Assembly (NCBI GenBank): GCA_965644315.1
Contig: CBFFRQ010000093.1
Coordinates: forward strand, 62,001 to 126,000
Origin: Caecitellus pseudoparvulus
Lineage: Eukaryota; Protista; Bigyra: Bicosoecida
Reading direction: 5' to 3'
Length of the DNA stretch: 64,000 nt
Shown here: positions 58,590-64,000 of the stretch, in pieces
Position numbering within the stretch: position 1 is the first letter of the stretch
Layout: each line of letters begins with the position of its first letter
Made by a program: the position numbers and the translations under genes
Notes under the pieces: model-generated
The model's database searches: none
Seen by the model: only the letters and a program-made list of their open reading frames with translations
Told to the model about the DNA's origin: nothing

Positions 58590-61330
58590 AGATTTGCCCG
58601 AAATAACATCAATATAACACTTACGCATTGCACTGAAATTGAAAACCCCAGCTCACGTTGACAATCGAGGGCGAATACCTGAGACACAAAGAGACGTGAG
58701 AAAGGAGCCAGCACCTCCACATGTACGGCACTCGCACTTTGCCCACAGGCCTCCCAAGACTCTGCCACAGCGATCCCACGAAACGGACACCCATGACTAC
58801 GACGTACAACTGCCTCCCCAAATCAAAGCTCCACGATTGCTCAAACAAGGCAAGCAGAGGCCCTCAGCCAATTGGTGCCACGCTTCTCTCTACCTCTTGC
58901 AATGAAACAGGCATTATCCGCGCAACAAGCGATACTGAATGAAATCCGCATGCGTCATATATGGCATTGGCTCGTCATGCTCTAGAACAAACAACACATA
59001 CCGCCACTGGCGAAACCACAGAGGATCGCTCCAGAACAAGTTCAGCACCGCAGCATTCACTGTCCAAGTAGAGGGCATGGAAGGCGTGGAAACCCTAGAC
59101 AAGCGCGCAGTCCGATCTAGTTCTACGAGCAGAGGACATGTAGCTAAAAACTTGTCATTATGTGTCCCTGACACAGTGCGCAGACTGCAAAGCATTTGGT
59201 CACAAGCTGTGAACCAATCGTGAGCAGTCTTCCACCACCAGTACGGAGTTGTGAATCGCTTCACACACCCGCTGCTTATCCCTGTATCTTGGCTCCTCTC
59301 AGTACATTCTGTGACTCAATCCGTGCCAGTCTGGATCCCAACAAGCTTTGTTTCGCCAGTCAGAGCATGGATTGCAACACAAGTAGCACGAGTAGCCAGA
59401 GCGCAGCAATTCCACGGTATGAGCCCACGCATCTGACTTGCCAAACAATGAAAATAACAGTTGCTCACACTGCTGCACAAACCATAATGCAAAAGAGCTG
59501 GCCTTATCCTTTCGCGTCAGAAGAACAGCAACGGGTACACCAGGGTCTAGTACATCAGATAAGAGCGTGCAATGTATGGAAGGATATACGCACAGGAATT
59601 TCTGAAGCGCAACAAACCAAATGATTGACGTAAAACTATCAGCTACCTCTGTGGGATCCCCTTCTTTCAGCTGCAACTCGAAAGCTTCCAGATTCTAGAA
59701 AAGATTCTCAGTAGCAAATGATGAGGAAACTGGCTCCAAGTCCGATTTGCACAAAGTTGCTTGTTGGGAGGCATAAACATCAAAAACACATCCTATCCTG
59801 AGCATGAAGTCATGAATCTCGTGGGTGCTACTTTTGAATGACCTGAGCACAAGTACAAGAGAAAGGAGCACCAACGTGATGCGAAAGCCACTGCCAACTT
59901 CGTGGATTCGGCGCTTAAGATTCTACTCCGTTTCTCTACTCACACACCTCAGCAATTCATAGTTCAAAGAATCGTATTCTGACTTTTCTCTACCTGTAGT
60001 TTCATTCTGATTCACGTTTCGGACCTGGTTCTTGGGAAATGGGCACAGGTTACTGTCTTAGCAGCCATGCTGGCCGTGTACAACGTATCTTGAATGGTCC
60101 ACGCACCAAGGCTCCACCATGCAATATAAAAACTGACTAGTACAAGGCTCCTGGTGACTAAGAAATCAGTTCGGATGAAGTCGTTTTTCGTGGAGAACTT
60201 ATTTCAAAATAGCCTTTAGAAGCGATCCTCAATCCTGCATGAACACAACGAATGTATCAAGTTCTTTGGTATGATCGCTAGATTCGCTTTCCGGAGAACC
60301 GTCCCAACAATGCATGCGAAAGAGAATTGCTTTTGTGTAAGTACGTGCGCACAAAAGAGCAGCATAGCACAGCAAGGTGTAATCCAGACACAGATTGAAT
60401 TGGATGTACCATCAGCATTATACTGACAGGTTTCAAGGACATGTATTCCTTGGATTGCTACAGTCGCCGCTAAATGTAGGTGTGATAAAATGAGAAAATG
60501 CACTGAATGCGCGAATCAATTTTAGAACTTATTGAATCGCTTGACAACGCTGGGTAGTTTGAAACAAGATGGGGAACCAAAAAAGGCTGATAGCGGACAT
60601 TCGTGTGCATGTCTACTCTGCAACACTATTCACCACAGTGTGGCGATTCGGGGAGTGCTGCTCATGTTGATAATCTTCAAGAAGTTGTGCCCAAGAACAT
60701 TGTGTTCGGCTGCAATGCATCGCAAGCCGACTTCCATGTCTGCTTCCTGCCTTTTGCATGAGGGGTGATGGGGTTGATGGGTACACCTGCTTTCGGTCTT
60801 CATCCCTACGCGTTGAGCTGCGATCACATTTAAAGCTTGTGATGAATACGTACTTTTTGTTTAACTGTAAGACTTGATTTCATGACTTGCTCATCATTCG
60901 AGCACAAGCAAAGCTTTGTCACGCAGCATCCATTCTTTCTACTGTGAAAGGTTGTGGATAGCTTGAAGCATGTGGTTTCTTCGTTTGTGCGCAAATGTGC
61001 GTCACGGGAGGCGTTATGTGAGTTTGCATGTATGTACTTGTTTGATTGGCAGGTTGGGGGAAACTGTTCACTTTGCTCTGCGCTTTGCGTGGCTGTGGAA
61101 GTGTGAGCGTTCAGCAGTGCATGGCTGATGAAACTTGGACAAGTATGCAGTGGTGCATTGTTTTGGAAGTAAGCCTTCGTATTTGTTCATCCAGTCGTGC
61201 GCGGCTTTCGTCATGCGCTGAGTTGTTGGCAAATTATGTGTGCGAGTTGGCAGAGATACAAATCGCTTAAAGCTTGTGAGGTCGTTGTTCCAGCTCCGTT
61301 GCTCAGCGGGTTGATGATCAACTTTCGCTG
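58590..61330. other. Gene-free low-GC region, candidate regional centromere
   Basis: Hand-counted 60-nt lines in the core are 33-48% GC against >60% in flanking genes. No convincing ORF. By far the longest intergenic gap in the window. Confidence 0.5.
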
Positions 61331-61401
61331 GTGATCGTGTGGTATCAATGAATCAGGCCGCAAGTGGGGGTGCATTCGATTTGTTTAGAGGCACGCTGCC
61401 A

Positions 61402-64000
61402 TCACTTGTACCTTGGTCGGCCGCCTGCCTTGCCCTGTGGGTGTTGAGGCCTCGCTCGCTTTCTGCTTGCTCGTGCTGCAGCGTCTGCTTGCCTTCTTTC
61501 GTGTGCGGCAGCCAGTGCCTTTTCTTGCTGTTGCTGAAGGGCAGCGGTGGCGGCTGCCGTGACCCCAGCTGATGATTCCCGCTGTGCCTTCTGTGCTGCG
61601 CGGTCAATTGCCAATGGCACGCCGAGGAAGTCCAGCATGGAGTCGGAGATGAGCTCCTGGTTTGCCGCGTTCTGCGCAAACGACACGAGGCGCTGCTTGA
61701 GAACAGCCATTGCATCCCCGGACAGGAGGGTGTCCAGGACAGGCGCGGGAAGCAGGAGCAAGGCTTGGAAGCACTCTGGAATGGTTCGAACCACGACATG
61801 AGGGACGCCTTTCCATATGTCCTCTTTCTCCCACATCGGGGGGGAGATGAGTGCCTCTCCAGCTGCAGCGCCTTGGGGTGCTGTTGGGTCCCACGCTCCT
61901 GGGCGCTGGCTGGCTCGGAAGAGCTCAGAGAGGATGCAGGACACTTCGTACTTCATGCGGTCCGTCGTGTGGCCTTCCAGAGCGTGGAGGCACTCGACCA
62001 AGATGAAGGTGGGCACTGGCTGCAGCCTGGAGAATGCAAGCAGCGCAGCAGAGACGCTGGGGCCGTTAAACGCTGCCGGGTTAGCGAGCAGGGGAGCAAC
62101 TATAGCCTGCACGACGTCTCGCTGGAGGGCGTAAGGTGGCTTGCCTGCTGATTGGTACACGGTGCTGGCGGCGGCGCTGCTGGCAATGTGCTGCAGGGTT
62201 AGGACAGGAGTGGGCATGGTGGCGCCGGTGCCGGGCGGCGTGGCCAGCGGCATGGGGGGCCTGCACGTGAGAGATGCAGGGAAGTCTGCTGTTGTGGCTG
62301 CGAAGAGCCAAGCGAGGAGCACGCCTCTGTCCAGCGGGCAGGCGGGCCGGGCGGCAGTGGGCAGGGCTGGGGGCCTGAGGAGCAGCTGCACGGTGCTGGC
62401 GCCGGCGTCAGCTTCGGCAAGGAAGCATGGCAGGAAGGCCAGGACATCGGCAGGCGGCAGGAATGGGAGCAGGGGGCGCATGACCGCCACGCCGTGCGCT
62501 GGCACTTGCCGTGCAATGGTGGCCACGAGGTCTGGCGGCGCCAAGGCCGCCGCATCGCTGTGCAGGCGAGTGCCTGGCATGTGGCGCGGTGCGTCGGGCG
62601 GGGGACTGGCGACGGCAGTTTGACACACCACCATCTCTGCCACCGCCGCAATGGCAGAGGGGATGGCTGGCTTGGGCAGCTCTGTGTCTTGCAGCCAGGC
62701 AGGGCAGGGCAGCGCCAGCTCCGCATCCACACGCCAGGGCGAGGCCGTGCCCCCGCACGGCTGCGAGGCCAGGACGTGCTCCAGCACGAAAGTGGGGCCT
62801 TTCTTCTTGGACAGGGCTTCGATCATGCGGCCTGCCTGGGTGATGATGGCCGCCCTGAGGTGGTCTGCCATCGGCGGCAGCTGTGACGGGGCGGATCCCC
62901 TGAGCCCTCCCGCAGAAATGTACAGCACTGGTAGGAGGCGCAGCAGGGCTGGTGTGTGCAGGCACAGGAGCATGAAGGGCCCAAGCCTGCGCTTGGCGTC
63001 TGCAATGTCCCGAATGGGGCCCTCCAGTGCTGATCGGGCAGCAGCTTCTTGCTCGGTGGGTGTAAAGTCTGGTGCAGGGGCCAGCGGCAAGTGCAGGCGC
63101 TCTGGCTCGCCAGCGGCTCCGGCTCCTGCAGGTGCAAGTGGAAGCGTCAAGGACAAGGCAGCAGAGGCGGCAAACTGCAGCGTGGCTGCGCGGGAGGGCG
63201 CGCCGGCAGCAGCTGCCGCCAGCACCTCCTTGGCCGCCTTCTTGGCACTGCGTTCGGGTGCCGTGTGCGCAGCACACAGTGCCAGGTGCAGGAGGCGCTC
63301 AGCCAGTCGAGGGCGCAGCTTGCGCAGCTTTGCGAGAGCATGGAAGCCGGCTGTCGCGGCGGTCGCCTGCTCTGACCACAGGAGAAGGCACAGGGCGTCG
63401 GCGAGGGCGTCTACCGGGAGGCTGGGCAGTGCCAAGGCCACGTCAAGGAAGAAGGTCTTGGCCCCGTCTGTCGACAGGCCTGAAGCACCGTCGCTGCCAG
63501 GCCCTGTGCCATCTGCCACCACACAGGTAGCCACCGCCCGGAGCAGGCGCTGCACCACTTGGCCGTACAGCTCGGGGGGAGGGGCACCTCCCAGGGCAGC
63601 GGCGGCCCACACTCGCGTGGCGAGCAGCACCCCCGCATCGGCGCCGACGGAGACATTCGCACACACTGCATCCGTGAGCAATGAGACTCGCTTCGCGATG
63701 AGCGCTGAAACTGCTTCTGCTGGGAGCCTGTCAGGCGTTGCTGGCTGCCCGGCCGCGGCGTGGACGGCATCCCGCACCAGCTGCCCCGTGGGGTCAGTCG
63801 CCCAGGAAATGGCGTGCTGCCACAGCAGCAGCGCCCCAGCGTGGCCGCAGTGTTCGATGCCCTCCATCCTGCTTTGACTGACCATGCGTTCGAAGCAGTG
63901 CTCGGCAAAGTCCTCCGCTGCTCCAGCGTCCAGGCGCTGCAGCTGCCCAGAGAACGCTGACACACCGGTCTGCCCCGTGCCCCGCCAGTCACTGCCGCCA
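61402..64000 (-). CDS. SYMPK: Symplekin/Pta1-like C-terminal region; 5'-truncated by the window
   Basis: WEKEDIWKGV....RTIPECFQALLLLP resembles the symplekin C-terminal domain. The frame is open to the window edge. Confidence 0.65.
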   Translation of the reverse strand, partial: GGSDWRGTGQTGVSAFSGQLQRLDAGAAEDFAEHCFERMVSQSRMEGIEHCGHAGALLLWQHAISWATDPTGQLVRDAVHAAAGQPATPDRLPAEAVSALIAKRVSLLTDAVCANVSVGADAGVLLATRVWAAAALGGAPPPELYGQVVQRLLRAVATCVVADGTGPGSDGASGLSTDGAKTFFLDVALALPSLPVDALADALCLLLWSEQATAATAGFHALAKLRKLRPRLAERLLHLALCAAHTAPERSAKKAAKEVLAAAAAGAPSRAATLQFAASAALSLTLPLAPAGAGAAGEPERLHLPLAPAPDFTPTEQEAAARSALEGPIRDIADAKRRLGPFMLLCLHTPALLRLLPVLYISAGGLRGSAPSQLPPMADHLRAAIITQAGRMIEALSKKKGPTFVLEHVLASQPCGGTASPWRVDAELALPCPAWLQDTELPKPAIPSAIAAVAEMVVCQTAVASPPPDAPRHMPGTRLHSDAAALAPPDLVATIARQVPAHGVAVMRPLLPFLPPADVLAFLPCFLAEADAGASTVQLLLRPPALPTAARPACPLDRGVLLAWLFAATTADFPASLTCRPPMPLATPPGTGATMPTPVLTLQHIASSAAASTVYQSAGKPPYALQRDVVQAIVAPLLANPAAFNGPSVSAALLAFSRLQPVPTFILVECLHALEGHTTDRMKYEVSCILSELFRASQRPGAWDPTAPQGAAAGEALISPPMWEKEDIWKGVPHVVVRTIPECFQALLLLPAPVLDTLLSGDAMAVLKQRLVSFAQNAANQELISDSMLDFLGVPLAIDRAAQKAQRESSAGVTAAATAALQQQQEKALAAAHERRQADAAARASRKRARPQHPQGKAGGRPRYK

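Noticed and set aside
58590-61330. Endogenous virophage, transposon or organellar insertion explaining the low GC
   Set aside because: I see no long ORF, no integrase/RT/capsid motifs, no terminal inverted repeats and no target-site duplication. A very decayed element cannot be excluded without a search.
1-64000. Hundreds of short overlapping or antisense ORFs and GTG/TTG/CTG starts in the ORF track
   Set aside because: These are shadow ORFs expected in GC-rich coding DNA and carry no recognisable motifs.

Overview
This window is compact, GC-rich (~60-65%) eukaryotic nuclear DNA with short GT-AG introns (~55-120 nt, donors mostly GTGAG/GTGCG). The gene set includes IFT122, a TTLL glutamylase, ERK7/MAPK15, an ARL GTPase, GCN1, DPH2, TBL1 and symplekin, which indicates a flagellated protist. 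A bicosoecid/stramenopile-like heterotroph is my unverified guess. I count about 21 protein genes, several reconstructed across introns and one absent from the ORF track, plus one tRNA-Phe(GAA). Notable observations: (1) a gene-free ~2.7 kb low-GC trough with mirror-image strand skew, bounded by the tRNA gene, which is a candidate regional centromere; (2) an orientation-independent 11-bp motif, TGCGGAAATTG, recurring near the 5' ends of most genes; (3) a secreted ~2,100-aa protein built from three tandem SAM-methyltransferase + kinase-like modules; (4) a bacterial-style M66-like surface metalloprotease mosaic; (5) a 30-bp G-rich coding minisatellite. All family assignments come from motif recognition by eye, not database searches.
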